Shown here piece by piece: positions 12,735 through 25,714 of a stretch of 62,424 nt of DNA. The DNA is from Nemertoderma westbladi (lineage: Eukaryota > Animalia > Xenacoelomorpha). Within the stretch, counting starts at the first letter, position 1, and every line of letters begins with the position of its first letter. The notes under the pieces were generated by a model, which did no database searches, had not been told where the DNA came from, and saw nothing but the letters and a program-made list of their open reading frames with translations. The stretch covers positions 1-62,424 of the forward strand of contig JAUCBJ010005519.1 in the NCBI GenBank assembly GCA_032718475.1, in the 5' to 3' direction. Position numbers and translations under genes: made by a program.

Positions 12735-14580
12735 CTACTACTACTAGGATCGATCGGCATGCTGCATTGCAGCTGCATTTTTAAGAATGCTGTGCCGGCT
12801 TATCGACAAAATTGCACCACCACAATTCCCTACCACCCATGACATTTGCTAGATCATCCGCATCTTCAAGGCCAGTGTCCTTTAAGATGCATCTCAAGAA
12901 AGTCATGGACTGTCCACCATGCTTATTCACTCCATGAGGCTGCCAAAGTACAAGATTATGCACTGGCTGGTCCTCACGGCGAAAGCAATGTCCTGCAAAG
13001 CGGAGGCGATTTTGTTCTAGTGTCAAGGAACCAATGAGACACCTCCAATGTTATATAGTGTCTGGTTGGAGATGTGTGCATTGTACTTGACACAATGAAC
13101 CCGGCGTAGCATTCTTGTGAATGTGCCATCCAGAGATTTGGTGTCCTCAGCAGTTAGAGCCCAGCATGGACTCTCATAGAGAAGTACTGGAACTACTGCT
13201 GCTCTAAATAATCGGACCTTAAGTTTCCGATTAATTCTCGGTGACTTCCAAATCCTGGAAAGCCTATTCAAGGCTGCCCAAGCCTTTCCCTTACGTATTC
13301 GAAGGTCCTCACCTGACTTCCGGATCCATGATCCCAGGTAACAGAAGTCATCCACATGCTCAAGCATACCATCTTTTGAGCTTATGCTCATCCGATCAGA
13401 GACTTGCTGAGGACTTTCAAAGTTAACTGTCAAAATTTTGGTCTTTCTGGCGTTAATAAAAAGACCAACACTAGAAGCAGCATGTTCTAATGAGCTGAGG
13501 AGCCGTTGGGCTCCCTCTAGTGATTCTGAGAGTACTCCTAAGTCATCAGCAAAGTCTAGATCAGTTAGGTACTTGGCAGGATTTCCTCGACTTCTGGAGC
13601 CAGTAGGTGGAGTTATCATCACCCCATCATCATTATGATGATCTAAGGACATGCGTAGAACATAGTCAACAACAATTATGAACAAGAATGGTGCAAGTGT
13701 GTCTCCCTGGAGGACGCCCCATAATACTTCAAATGGTTCTGTGTCACCATCAACAGTAGACACAAATGTTGTCGAACCATCGTATACTGATCTGTTTGCT
13801 GCAATAATTTCATCAGGAATCCCATATAATGAAAGTATGCTGAACATACGTGAGCGAGAGACTGAATCAAAGGCCTTGAAGAAGTCAACAAAGATAACAG
13901 CCAGATGCCTGTCTTTCTTTTTTGATAACTCTTCAATTATCCTTCTAAGTGCCAAAATGGGCTCCATGGTCACACGACCTTTACGGAACCCATTCTGATT
14001 TCCATGGAGCAGTCTCTCAATGGGATCCCTGATGCGATTTAATAGAATTCTATTGTATAGCTTTGCAGCAATCGTGATCAATGAGATTCCCCGAAAAGAA
14101 CCATAGAGTGTTAGGTTGCCCTTCTTGGGAACTGGCACCAACTTATTTGTTTTCATTTCTTGTGGGACTCTTGTTGTTCGGTACATGTCTACTATGATGG
14201 GATAGGTGAGCTTTAAACACTCAGGTATTTTAAAGACCTCAGGGGGAACACCATCTACTCCACTGGCACGATTGGTCTTAATGCTCTTTGCAGCAGCCTT
14301 CACTTCTGTAAAGGAGATATCACCAATGGGAATATCTGGGAGTACAGACTCAGACACTTTTACTTCTATAAAGTTATCAGGCAATACCCTGTCATTATTA
14401 AGGAGCTTTTCAAAGTGGGCCTTCCAACCATTGAGGCGATCGGCTGGTGATTCAGCCTTAACCTTGGTGGTTGGTTGGCTTTTTCGACCAGCAAGCAAGT
14501 TGATCGATCTCCATGCCTGGGGGATGATTGCCTGCTGTCGTCAGCATCATTGATGGCATCAACCTGTTGGTTTATTAGAT
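12735..14580 (-). mobile_element. 5'-truncated RTE-clade LINE; RT ORF 13023-14498, frameshifted C-terminus, (TAG)n tail
   Basis: RGISL, QNGFRKGR, FVDFFKAFDSV, GVLQGDTLAPFLF, DLDFADD, FCYLGS and RLRFAGHCFR. Short-repeat tail. Confidence 0.95.
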
Positions 14581-14590
14581 CCTGTAAATT

Positions 14591-14685
14591 AAACTGTAAC
14601 AGTAACTGTAACAGTAACTGTAACAGTAACTGTAACAGTAACTGTAACAGTAACTGTAACAGTAACTGTAACAGTACTGTACTGT
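14591..14685. repeat. (AACTGTAACAGT)n simple repeat, about 7 copies, at the RTE 5' truncation point
   Basis: Direct reading. Confidence 0.9.
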
Positions 14686-15182
14686 AGTCGTAGCGCTATA
14701 GATAATAAAGAATTATGTAAAATAAAACAAGGTAAACACAAACTGTAAACAATAGCTAAATTACAATTAATACATCCTTTTTAATCAATTGTCATGGATA
14801 TTCAATGTCATCACTTTCTAGTTTTAATGTACTTATGGTAACACAGTTTGATATTATGATATTTGGGTACAGAAAGTTATTATAATATAATGCAAGAATA
14901 CTATGTCTGTACAACTTACTGTAGAACTTCTATCAACTAACTGGTCGGGGATGTCTTTTACATTGATTTTCCAAGGACGACATTTTATAACCCCACTTTC
15001 TGTATATTTATTTATCAAACTCTCCATTTTTCTCAACATTTTGCACTTCTAGGTAAATTGTCGGAGGTTTAGTAAATTAAACTTTATAATGATAAGAATT
15101 TAAAATAAAAACAACAAGTTTGATATAATTTCTATACTAGTTAGTTATATAACAACGCGCCACTGCAACCTGCTCCTTTCCC

Positions 15183-16150
15183 TTAAGAGATTGGGGGGGG
15201 GGGTAGCACCCCCAATCTGAACCTCACATTTTTGTGTCTCTGGACCCTAAAATTGGGTGAAAATTATTTTTTGTGCTACTAAACATCGTCTAGACTGTGT
15301 GAGGATAACCAAACCAAATATTTTTAAAATTGGCCCCAAAATGGCTCCGTAATGGCCAAAAGTGCCTTTTTGCGCCAAGGGCTATTTCTCCACCAATATT
15401 TGTTGAAATATTGTCGAAATTTGTAATATAAGTTGAGAAGAACCCTGCATCCAATTCTTCTGAACAAATTTTACCTCAAATGCTCTAGAGCCTTTTTAGA
15501 ACAAAAAGGCCCCAAAAAGGGGCTTTTTTTTAGCATTTTTGATATAAAAAGGCTCCAGGGAATTTCCAACCAAATTTGATCAGAAGAAGTATGGAGAAAT
15601 GTATTCTTAACAAGTGTATCACATTTCAACTCATTTCAGTTAAAATTGGCGGAGAAATAAATAGCCTTCTTCATGAAAAAACCTCATTCTGAGATATGGG
15701 TGTTTAAAGTTTAAGGAACAATTCAAACCTTCCCGCTATTTTAGATAATACCATTTTTCTATGTTCAACAATAACTTTGTCAAAAATGAATGAAATTCAA
15801 CGAAATTTTTCATGCTTGCTAAACAGATAACTAGTAAAACAACGTTTTAGCAATTTTATCATATCTGATACCGTGAGAGCCTTTTTTATGAAAAGGGCCC
15901 CGTACAATTGTAAAATATAGTGCTGTTCGAAGGCTTGTCAAAAATCAGACTAGCTCTTACGTTTTGGGTGATAACTTAAGTTTGAAAAAAGATATGAGAA
16001 AACTGCTTGCAGATTTGAAATCTCCATTAAATTCTGCATATGATAGAATATAATTTTTTTTGTCAATTTCCAAAATAGAGCTTGTTAATTGATGTAAGTT
16101 TATTTTTCTTAATTTAATTGACTTTTGTGTCATTTCGTGGTTTGGTCCCC
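15183..16150. mobile_element. Probable non-autonomous DNA element beginning at a TTAA; related to 21760-23289
   Basis: Shares the blocks TTTAAAGTTTAA/CTTCCCGC.ATT and CAGATTTGAAATC..CATTAAATT with the 22-23 kb element, plus a poly-G start. Confidence 0.4.
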
Positions 16151-16181
16151 TGATAATGCCTTCTAGCATGAGGCAAAACAA

Positions 16182-16705
16182 ACCGGTCCTCGGAAACCGA
16201 ACGTCATCTGCTGATCATTGATGATTGCAGGCCACCGTCACCGGTCCTCGGAAACAGAACGTCATCTGCTGATCATTGATGATTGCAGGCCACCGTCACC
16301 GGTCCTCGGAAACAGAACGTCATCTGCTGATCATTGATGATTGCATGCAACCGGAAACAGAACGTCATCTGCTGATCATTGATGATTGCAGGCCACCGTC
16401 ACCGGTCCTCGGAAACAGAACTGTCATCTGCTGATCATTGATGATTGCAGGCCACCGTCACCGGTCCTCGGAAACAGAACGTCATCTGCTGATCATTGAT
16501 GATTGCAGGCCACCGTGACCGGTCCTCGGAAACAGAACGTCATCTGCTGATCATTGATGATTGCAGGCCACCGTCACCGGTCCTCGGAAACAGAACGTCA
16601 TCTGCTGATCATTGATGATTGCAGGCCACCGTCACCGGTCCTCGGAAACAGAACGTCATCTGCTGATCATTGATGATTGCATGCAACATCCAGGCCACCG
16701 TCACA
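16182..16705. repeat. 58-bp minisatellite, about 9 copies, just downstream of the MFS gene
   Basis: Unit ACCGGTCCTCGGAAACAGAACGTCATCTGCTGATCATTGATGATTGCAGGCCACCGTC. Confidence 0.95.
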
Positions 16706-16849
16706 GTTTTTCTTTAGTAACCAGTGTTTATGTATACCTACCAGTTTGAGGTGACCTATTGTTTGACTGAATAATAAACCACTTGATGATTTTTAAGCAA
16801 CTATTAGTTTATTAAACATAGAAATTATGATAACAAATATGAATTGAAA

Positions 16850-18226
16850 CTACCGTCTCCCGCGCTTTACTGCTAGTAAATACATAATAGTAAATGTAAT
16901 GAAAACAAGTGTAGACACACCAGTCACCACATACGTAAAGGTTACAGGGCCGTAATATTCTAACAGAAACCCAGTCAGCCATTGCAACACAACTCCACCA
17001 ATAGCAGCGCCAGTACATTGAAACATAAACATCACACTTGTCATCTGAATATACTGACTCATCCACCCTGTCACTAGAGGTGATAATGGACTCTTTGAAG
17101 CAGCGAATAAACAACTGAATATCCCAAAGGCTGTGACGTCATTATAAAGAACAGTTAGACCAATAGAGCTGGCTAGTGCAGTTGAACAGTAAAAGAACAT
17201 TAATATGGAATATGGAACACAATAACTCAGAAAAAATGCGCTACATCGTGATATTGTAAATATAACCCAAAAAGTAGAGAGAGCCATAGAGGCCACATCT
17301 TTACTAAAATGTAGTTCGCTTGTTTCTACATAGGTAAATACATATTTACCAAAAGTTAGTTCACCACCAATTATGACAAAATCAAATAGAATTGTGCAAA
17401 TAATCATTTGTATCCCGAACATCCTGTCCCCATCAGCGATGAGTTCCGGTCTGAAGACGTCGAGAAAGTTTGATCGCTGTTGAGACGACGAATCGAAGGG
17501 GTCTGGTGTTTCTATTAGATAGAAAACAAGGAAAACCAACGACAGTGAAATAGAAATTAGTCCGACTATTAAGTAAGGGACATCGATACCTGGATGTGAG
17601 TCATCTACAGTCGTAGACCTTGAAATGTCGGTGACATCTTTTATATAAGAGTTTGATAGAATAACAACTATAGTGCTTCCTAAACCAAAACCAGCGTGCA
17701 TAAGACTGTTAAATCCTCCTGGGTTGTTTTTCCACAATAGAAGTATGGAGGGGCCACACCCTGTACTCATTATGCCAGCAGATTGACCTGTAATGTACAT
17801 CAACATTGCCAATACCCATAACCGATTGGTCCACGGTATAAATATTGTTGCCACACCAGCAGAAATCAAAGCCAATGCGATTCCCGCATCGCGAAACTTG
17901 GTGAATCTATCGAGGAGTACCCCCCCGACGACGCTTCCAATAAACATACCGAAGGACCGCGCACTCAGACTGCGCGCAATCTCCTCGTAGTTCGAACCTA
18001 CTCTCTCTTGTAGGTCAGGTAATGTTGGACCAAATATCTCTCCATTCAAACCAGTACTGAAAAAAACTAGACATAACGATACTGTCTTGACCAAGCGGTA
18101 AATATGTTGTGGCGTAGTCAGTATTATGTTTCCATCCAGAACAGCTGTAGTTTCAGGTGAAACATCAATTATTCGTTCTCTATCATTGGGCATTTCTTCA
18201 AAATAATATGTCGTCATAAAAAACAT
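16850..18226 (-). CDS. MFSD4: Intronless major facilitator superfamily transporter, MFSD4/NaGLT1-like (start codon uncertain)
   Basis: 458-aa ORF with about 12 hydrophobic segments. GPTLPDL, GSVVGGVLLDRF, HAGFGLG, GGELTFGKYVFTY and FWVIFTISR are typical of this family. Confidence 0.85.
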   Translation of the reverse strand: MFFMTTYYFEEMPNDRERIIDVSPETTAVLDGNIILTTPQHIYRLVKTVSLCLVFFSTGLNGEIFGPTLPDLQERVGSNYEEIARSLSARSFGMFIGSVVGGVLLDRFTKFRDAGIALALISAGVATIFIPWTNRLWVLAMLMYITGQSAGIMSTGCGPSILLLWKNNPGGFNSLMHAGFGLGSTIVVILSNSYIKDVTDISRSTTVDDSHPGIDVPYLIVGLISISLSLVFLVFYLIETPDPFDSSSQQRSNFLDVFRPELIADGDRMFGIQMIICTILFDFVIIGGELTFGKYVFTYVETSELHFSKDVASMALSTFWVIFTISRCSAFFLSYCVPYSILMFFYCSTALASSIGLTVLYNDVTAFGIFSCLFAASKSPLSPLVTGWMSQYIQMTSVMFMFQCTGAAIGGVVLQWLTGFLLEYYGPVTFTYVVTGVSTLVFITFTIMYLLAVKRGRR

Positions 18227-18429
18227 ATAATATCTTCAAGGTATTCAGTAAATATGTAACAAACAAGATTTCTAATAGAGAAAAATAACAAATGGCTGAA
18301 ACCTATTTCAACTTTTCTAAGTAATAAAATAATATTTAATTTATTCAAATTAAAAAAACTCACATAAAACTGGAATGCAAACAAGGTATCTGATGATATG
18401 AACTCAGAAGTGGTTACCGTGAGAGAAGA

Positions 18430-18810
18430 TTTCAGACCATTTCGATTTGACCTTTCGTATTCGGAGGCTGTAGATGTGGATTCAGTAGCTGAAGTTTTCC
18501 ACATGACCAATAAGGCCACCCAATGATTAAAGATATCCTATCCTGGTAGGGGAGTCCAAATTTACAGCCACCCAATGATTAAACATATCCTGGTAGGGGA
18601 GTCCAAATTTACAGGCCACCCAATGATTAAACATATCCTGGTAAGGGAGTCCAAATTTACAATCAGAATGTTGCCCTTTGTAGCATTTACATATAGACCA
18701 ATATTGGATGTTGCGAGTTCTAGACTGTTGTGTAGTCTCTGAACGACACCCACTGATTCTGACATCAAACGCACATCAACAGTGAAGTCATAGAAACATT
18801 GTATGACTTG
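18430..18810 (-). pseudogene. Old RTE reverse transcriptase relic with an internal ~45-bp triplication (18514-18661)
   Basis: DFTVDVRLMSES..QRLHNSLELATSNIGLYVNATK aligns by eye with DFADDLGVLSES..QRLLSSLEHAASSVGLFINARK. HVENFSY and LRIRK follow. Confidence 0.75.
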
Positions 18811-18811
18811 T

Positions 18812-21026
18812 TCTCCCCTGTAGAAGGGACAACAGGCATTCGAACTGGAAATTAAGCGCTCTCCCCTGTAAAAGGGACAACAGGCACTCGAACTGGAAAT
18901 TAAGCGCTCTCCCCTGTAGAAGGGACAACAGGCACTCGAACCGGAAATTAAGCGCCCTCCCCTGTTGAAGGGACAACAGGCACTCGAACTGGAAATTAAG
19001 CGCTCTCCTCCTTGTAGAAGGGACAACAGGCAATCGAACTGGAAATTAAGCGATCTCCTCTGTAGAAGGGACAACAGGCACTCGAACTGGAAATTAAGCG
19101 CTCTCTCCTGTAGAAGGGACAACAGGCAATCGAACTGGAAATTAAGCGCTCTCCCCTGTAGAAGGGACAACAGGCAATCGAACTGGAAATTAAGCGCTCT
19201 CCCCTGTAGAAGGGACAACAGGCACTCGAACTGGAAATTAAGCGCTCTCCCCTGTAGAAGGGACAACAGGCACTCGAACAGGAAATTAAGCGCTCTCCCC
19301 TGTAGAAGGGACAACATGGCACTCGAACCGGAAATTAAGCGCTCTCCCCTGTAGAAGGGACAACATGCACTCGAACCGGAAATTAAGCGCTCTCCCCTGT
19401 AGAAGGGACAACAGGCACTCGAACCGGAAATTAAGCGCTCTCCCCTGTAGAAGGGACAACAGGCACTCGAACCGGAAATTAAGCGCTCTCCCCTGTAGAA
19501 GGGACAACAGGCACTCGAACCGGAAATTAAGCGCTCTCCCCTGTAGAAGGGACAACAGGCACTCAAACCGGAAATTAAGCGCTCTCCCCTGTAGAAGGGA
19601 CAACAGGCACTCGAACCGGAAATTAAGCGCTCTCCCCTGTAGAAGGGACAACAGGCACTCGAACCGGAAATTAAGCGCTCTCCCCTGTAGAAGGGACAAC
19701 AGGCACTCGAACCGGAAATTAAGCGCTCTCCCCTGTAGAAGGGACAACAGGCACTCGAACCGGAAATTAAGCGCTCTCCCCTGTAGAAGGGACAACATGC
19801 ACTCGAACCGGAAATTAAGCGCTCTCCCCTGTAGAAGGGACAACATGCACTCGAACCGGAAATTAAGCGCTCTCCCCTGTAGAAGGGACAACAGGCACTC
19901 GAACCGGAAATTAAGCGCTCTCCCCTGTAGAAGGGACAACAGGCACTCGAACCTGGAAATTAAGCGCTCTCCCCTGTAGAAGGGACAACAGGCACTCGAA
20001 CCGGAAATTAAGCGCTCTCCCCTGTAGAAGGGACAACAGGCACTCGAACTGGAAATTAAGCGCTCTCCTCCCCTGTAGAAGGGACAACAGGCACTCGAAC
20101 CGGAAATTAAGCGCTCTCCCCTGTAGAAGGGACAACAGGCACTCGAACCGGAAATTAAGCGCTCTCCCCTGTAGAAGGGACAACATGCACTCGAACCGGA
20201 AATTAAGCGCTCTCCCCTGTAGAAGGGACAACATGCACTCGAACCGGAAATTAAGCGCTCTCCCCTGTAGAAGGGACAACAGGCACTCGAACCGGAAATT
20301 AAGCGCTCTCCCCTGTAGAAGGGACAACATGCACTCGAACCGGAAATTAAGCGCTCTCCCCTGTAGAAGGGACAACAGGCACTCGAACTGGAAATTAAGC
20401 GCTCTCCCCTGTAGAAGGGACAACAGGCACTCGAACCGGAAATTAAGCGCTCTCCTCTGTAGAAGGGACAACAGGCACTCGAACCGGAAATTAAGCGCTC
20501 TCCCCTGTAGAAGGGACAACATGCACCCGAACCGGAAATTAAGCGCTCTCCCCTGTAGAAGGGACAACATGCACTCGAACCGGAAATTAAGCGCTCTCCC
20601 CTGTAGAAGGGACAACAGGCACTCGAACTAGAAATTAAGCGCTCTCCCCTGTAGAAGGGACAACATGCACTCGAACCGGAAATTAAGCGCTCTCCCCTGT
20701 AGAAGGGACAACATGCACTCGAACCGGAAATTAAGCGCTCTCCTCTGTAGAAGGGACAACAGGCAATCGAACTGGAAATTAAGCGCTCTCCTCTGTAGAA
20801 GGGACAACATGCACTCGAATCTGAAATTAAGCGCTCTCCCCTGTAGAAGGGACAACATGCACTCGAACCGGAAATTAAGCGCTCTCCCCTGTAGAAGGGA
20901 CAACATGCACTCGAACCGGAAATTAAGCGCTCTCCCCTGTAGAAGGGACAACATGCACTCGAACCGGAAATTAAGCGCTCTCCCCTGTAGAAGGGACAAC
21001 ATGCACTCGAACCTGAAATCAAGCGC
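18812..21026. repeat. 48-bp minisatellite, about 46 copies
   Basis: Unit GTAGAAGGGACAACAGGCACTCGAACCGGAAATTAAGCGCTCTCCCCT. Confidence 0.97.
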
Positions 21027-21759
21027 AAGTCGGGCACCTCATATCTGAGGCTTGTTGGAATATCTTCCAACGATAGCTGGAACTCTAGGCTGTACATTAC
21101 TCGTGGATGATGGGCGGTGTTACTAGTGGGGGTGTTTTGACACCGACTGTCAATGAAGTTCACTTGTACAATTGAACAATTGTGTTCAGTAGGTCGACAG
21201 ACCTTGTGCCTTAACAAGTCCTATACCATAATGCACATGTCCTGGAGCAGCAGACCTTGGACATATAGATAGATAGATCGTCTTACTAAACACTAAAATA
21301 CTTCAGACAAAATAATACGATAAAAACGCGAATAAATAATATGAGAGACGTATTTTACTTAATATTTCCCAATATAATTTACGGTTAGCACTACAAACTG
21401 TAGAGCTACTGTATAATTCCACCAGATGACTTTATGGCTTCTAACTTACTCATGACTTAGCTTGGATTACTACCCGCGCTACAATAGAGACTTACAGTAC
21501 AATAGCTAGTCATGTTTGCCAAGTTGCGCCCAACGACAATACGACAGTACCGGTAGTAGGTAAGGTTGTTCTTCTAGGTCGGCCCACCGCAGGTATGCCT
21601 ATTGCTACTACACTAAAACATTCTGGTTATTCAGTTTTCAATATTAGTTGGCAATATCCCCAATCAATAAAAAACCCAATTTAATTGAGAATCAACAATC
21701 AGATGTATAGGCCTACCAGCTCACGCGGTACATATGTGTAGGCGTACGTGCGTAGGTGT

Positions 21760-22822
21760 GTGGGGGGGGGGGGGGGGTAACCCTCCCTGGTGTTTTCTAT
21801 TAATTTGTTTATATCTCCAATATGGTTGACCAGAAAACTATATACCATCGAAAAGATAATATACTAAAGTAAATAAAAATGTGAAAAAAATTTTTGGCGC
21901 CCCCTAGCGGCTGGCGTCAAATTTAAAAAATTTCGCCAAAAAGACTGCTCCTCCGTTATTTTCCATTTTAATTTTTCGATACCACATTTTTTGGAACCAG
22001 CATGTTAAATTTCATCATATTCATCGGCCACTTTTTTTATTTTCATTTTCTATTTCTGATAATTGGCAATTTTGTAAAAAAAAATTCAAAATTTTTTAAA
22101 AATTGAAAAAATCCACGTTTTTTTATGTTTTTTCTTTCAAAAAATGCGGAAATATTCTGAAATCAAAATAAGTGGCCGAAGAATATTAAAGCTTATTAAA
22201 TTTCCTTTCATAAAAATCAAAAATCACAAAAAAAGGTTAAGAAATGGCGGAGGAGTAGTGTTTATTGTGTGAAAAAATGTAATTCCGAGATAATGGCCTT
22301 TAAAGTTTAAACCTTCCCGCCCATTATTTTATGTGAATATGAAAGAATATAATATAATAAAGTAAGTCTGCCTATGCGGAAGGATACCACACCAAAATAC
22401 TTCCTGGTAGGAGAATTCATTGCCGATGTCAGTTTTAAATTTTTTGGAAAATCTAGTCTTCTAATTGTCTGTCTATCTGATGTCTGTCTATGAGTCAGTT
22501 TGTCCGTCGAAATATAATAATTCACAGAAAATAGCTAAGAATTTCTCTATGGGGGTTTTTGTGGTCGGGAATTTCATTCTGATGTCAGTTTTCCATTTTT
22601 TGCAATAATCTAGTCTTCTAACTGACTATCTGATGTCTGTCTATGAGTCAGTTTGTCTGTCGGTCTGTCCGTTTTTCGTGGTCGGTAATTTCATTTCCGA
22701 TGTCAGTTTTCGTAATTAGCTGAATCTTGTCTGTCTATCTAGGGTCTGTTTGACTGCAAAAATATTTGACGGACAGACAGACAGACAGACAGACAGCCAG
22801 ACAGACAGACAGACAGACAGCC

Positions 22823-22919
<97 letters not shown>

Positions 22920-23289
22920 CACAGACAGACAGACAGACAGACAGACAGAGAGACAGACACACAGAATGACAGACAGACAGAAACGCAGGCAGGCAGACAG
23001 ACAGACTGATGAGGTTCCACAAAATATGAAAACTTACAGCATAAACGTTGTAACATGAACATTGTTGCATTCTGACAGACAGACCAAAAAGAGACAGACG
23101 GAGAGACAGCCATAACTCGAAAAGTAAATGAGATCTCGCTAAACCGTTTTCAGATTTGAAATCCTCATTAAATTATGCTCTAGATGAAATTAAAAAAATT
23201 TCATTTTTTTTTTGGGGGGGGTGGGGGGTGTTACCCCCCCCCCCCCCCCCCCCCCCAACCCCAACCCCAACCCCCCCCCCCTCCCTTAA
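21760..23289. mobile_element. Probable non-autonomous DNA transposon with G-rich inverted ends, containing an (AGAC)n microsatellite (22770-23005)
   Basis: Left (G)nTAAC versus right GTTA(C)n...CCCTTAA. Internal duplicated blocks. Confidence 0.5.
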
Positions 23290-23460
23290 ATATAGGGAAA
23301 CTAATAAATTATTTATCATCTTATTTTATATAATAAGGAATTAATTAATTATTTTATCTGGAAGATACCTTTGTAAGTAATTCTGAACAGATCAAAAGAT
23401 AAATCATCACAAGCGACCGACCACCATGGCCAAGGACTTTCTACTGGTTTATCTATAATT

Positions 23461-25714
23461 AACTGGTATGGGACTATCTTTTACTTACATTTACTGGTAT
23501 GGGACTATCTTTTACTTACATTTACTGGTATAGGACTATCTTTTACTTACATTTACTGGTATATGACTATCTTTTACTTACATTTACTGGTATAGGACTA
23601 TCTTTTACTTACATTTACTGGTATATGACTATCTTTTACTTACATTTACTGGTATAGGACTATCTTTTACTTACATTTACTGGTATATGACTATCTTTTA
23701 CTTACATTTACTGGTATAGGACTATCTTTTACTTACATTTACTGGTATAGAACTATCTTTTACTTACATTTACTGGTATATGACTATCTTTTACTTACAT
23801 TTACTGGTATATGACTATCTTTTACTTACATTAACTGGTATATGACTATCTTTTACTTACATTTACTGGTATATGACTATCTTTTACTTACATTTACTGG
23901 TATATGACTATCTTTTACTTACATTTACTGGTATGGGACTATCTTTTACTTACATTTACTGGTATATGACTATCTTTTACTTACATTTACTGGTATATGA
24001 CTATCTTTTACTTACATTTACTGGTATATGACTATCTTTTACTTACATTTACTGGTATGGGACTATCCTTTACTTACATTTACTGGTATAGGACTATCTT
24101 TTACTTACATTTACTGGTATATGACTATCTTTTACTTACATTTACTGGTATATGACTATCTTTTACTTACATTTACTGGTATATGACTATCTTTTACTTA
24201 CATTTACTGGTATAGGACTATCTTTTACTTACATTTACTGGTATAGAACTATCTTTTACTTACATTTACTGGTATGGGACTATCTTTTACTTACATTTAC
24301 TGGTATAGGACTATCTTTTACTTACATTTACTGGTATAGGACTATCTTTTACTTACATTTACTGGTATGGGACTATCTTTTACTTACATTTACTGGTATG
24401 GGACTATCTTTTACTTACATTTACTGGTATGGGACTATCTTTTACTTACATTTACTGGTATATGACTATCTTTTACTTACATTTACTGGTATAGGACTAT
24501 CTTTTACTTACATTTACTGGTATAGGACTATCTTTTACTTACATTTACTGGTATAGGACTATCTTTTACTTACATTTACTGGTATGGGACTATCTTTTAC
24601 TTACATTTACTGGTATGGGACTATCTTTTACTTACATTTACTGGTATGGGACTATCTTTTACTTACATTTACTGGTATAGGACTATCTTTTACTTACATT
24701 TACTGGTATGGGACTATCTTTTACTTACATTTACTGGTATGGGACTATCTTTTACTTACATTTACTGGTATGGGACTATCTTTTACTTACATTTACTGGT
24801 ATGGGACTATCTTTTACTTACATTTACTGGTATGGGACTATCTTTTACTTACATTTACTGGTATGGGACTATCTTTTACTTACATTTACTGGTATGGGAC
24901 TATCTTTTACTTACATTTACTGGTATAGAACTATCTTTTACTTACATTTACTGGTATAGGACTATCTTTTACTTACATTTACTGGTATGGGACTATCTTT
25001 TACTTACATTTACTGGTATGGGACTATATTTTACTTACATTTACTGGTATGGGACTATCTTTTACTTACATTTACTGGTATGGGACTATCTTTTACTTAC
25101 ATTTACTGGTATAGAACTATCTTTTACTTACATTTACTGGTATGGGACTATCTTTTACTTACATTTACTGGTATGGGACTATCTTTTACTTACATTTACT
25201 GGTATGGGACTATCTTTTACTTACATTTACTGGTATGGGACTATCTTTTACTTACATTTACTGGTATGGGACTATCTTTTACTTACATTTACTGGTATAG
25301 AACTATCTTTTACTTACATTTACTGGTATGGGACTATCTTTTACTTACATTTACTGGTATGGGACTATCTTTTACTTACATTTACTGGTATATGACTATC
25401 TTTTACTTACATTTACTGGTATGGGACTATCTTTTACTTACATTTACTGGTATGGGACTATCTTTTACTTACATTTACTGGTATAGAACTATATTTTACT
25501 TACATTTACTGGTATGGGACTATCTTTTACTTACATTTACTGGTATGGGACTATCTTTTACTTACATTTACTGGTATAGGACTATCTTTTACTTACATTT
25601 ACTGGTATAGGACTATCTTTTACTTACATTTACTGGTATGGGACTATCTTTTACTTACATTTACTGGTATAGAACTATCTTTTACTTACATTTACTGGTA
25701 TGGGACTATCTTTT
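23461..25714 (-). repeat. 31-bp minisatellite, about 72 copies, made of the filamin exon 3' end plus its GTAAGT donor
   Basis: Minus-strand unit AAAAGATAGTCCCATACCAGTAAAT|GTAAGT, continuous with exon 25690-25931. Confidence 0.97.

Larger units (their letters stand above)
11281..15186. mobile_element. Pair of ~30-bp inverted termini TTAA-GGGAAAGGAGCAGGTT(A/G)CAGTG (TTAA-targeting, Kolobok-like ends)
   Basis: 11281-11310 matches the reverse complement of 15157-15186, with TTAA outside both. They may belong to two separate copies. Confidence 0.55.

Noticed and set aside
16182-16705. Possible hammerhead in the 58-bp repeat (TTGATGA...GAAAC...GTC)
   Set aside because: No CUGANGA core and no convincing helix II pairing.
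18562-21217. Long Cys-rich repeat ORFs
   Set aside because: By-products of a 48-bp unit; frames switch at indels and both strands are open.
22716-23113. ORFs with LSVC/QTDR repeats
   Set aside because: (AGAC)n microsatellite translation.
24152-25610. Hydrophobic repeat ORFs on +
   Set aside because: Antisense translation of the 31-bp donor array.
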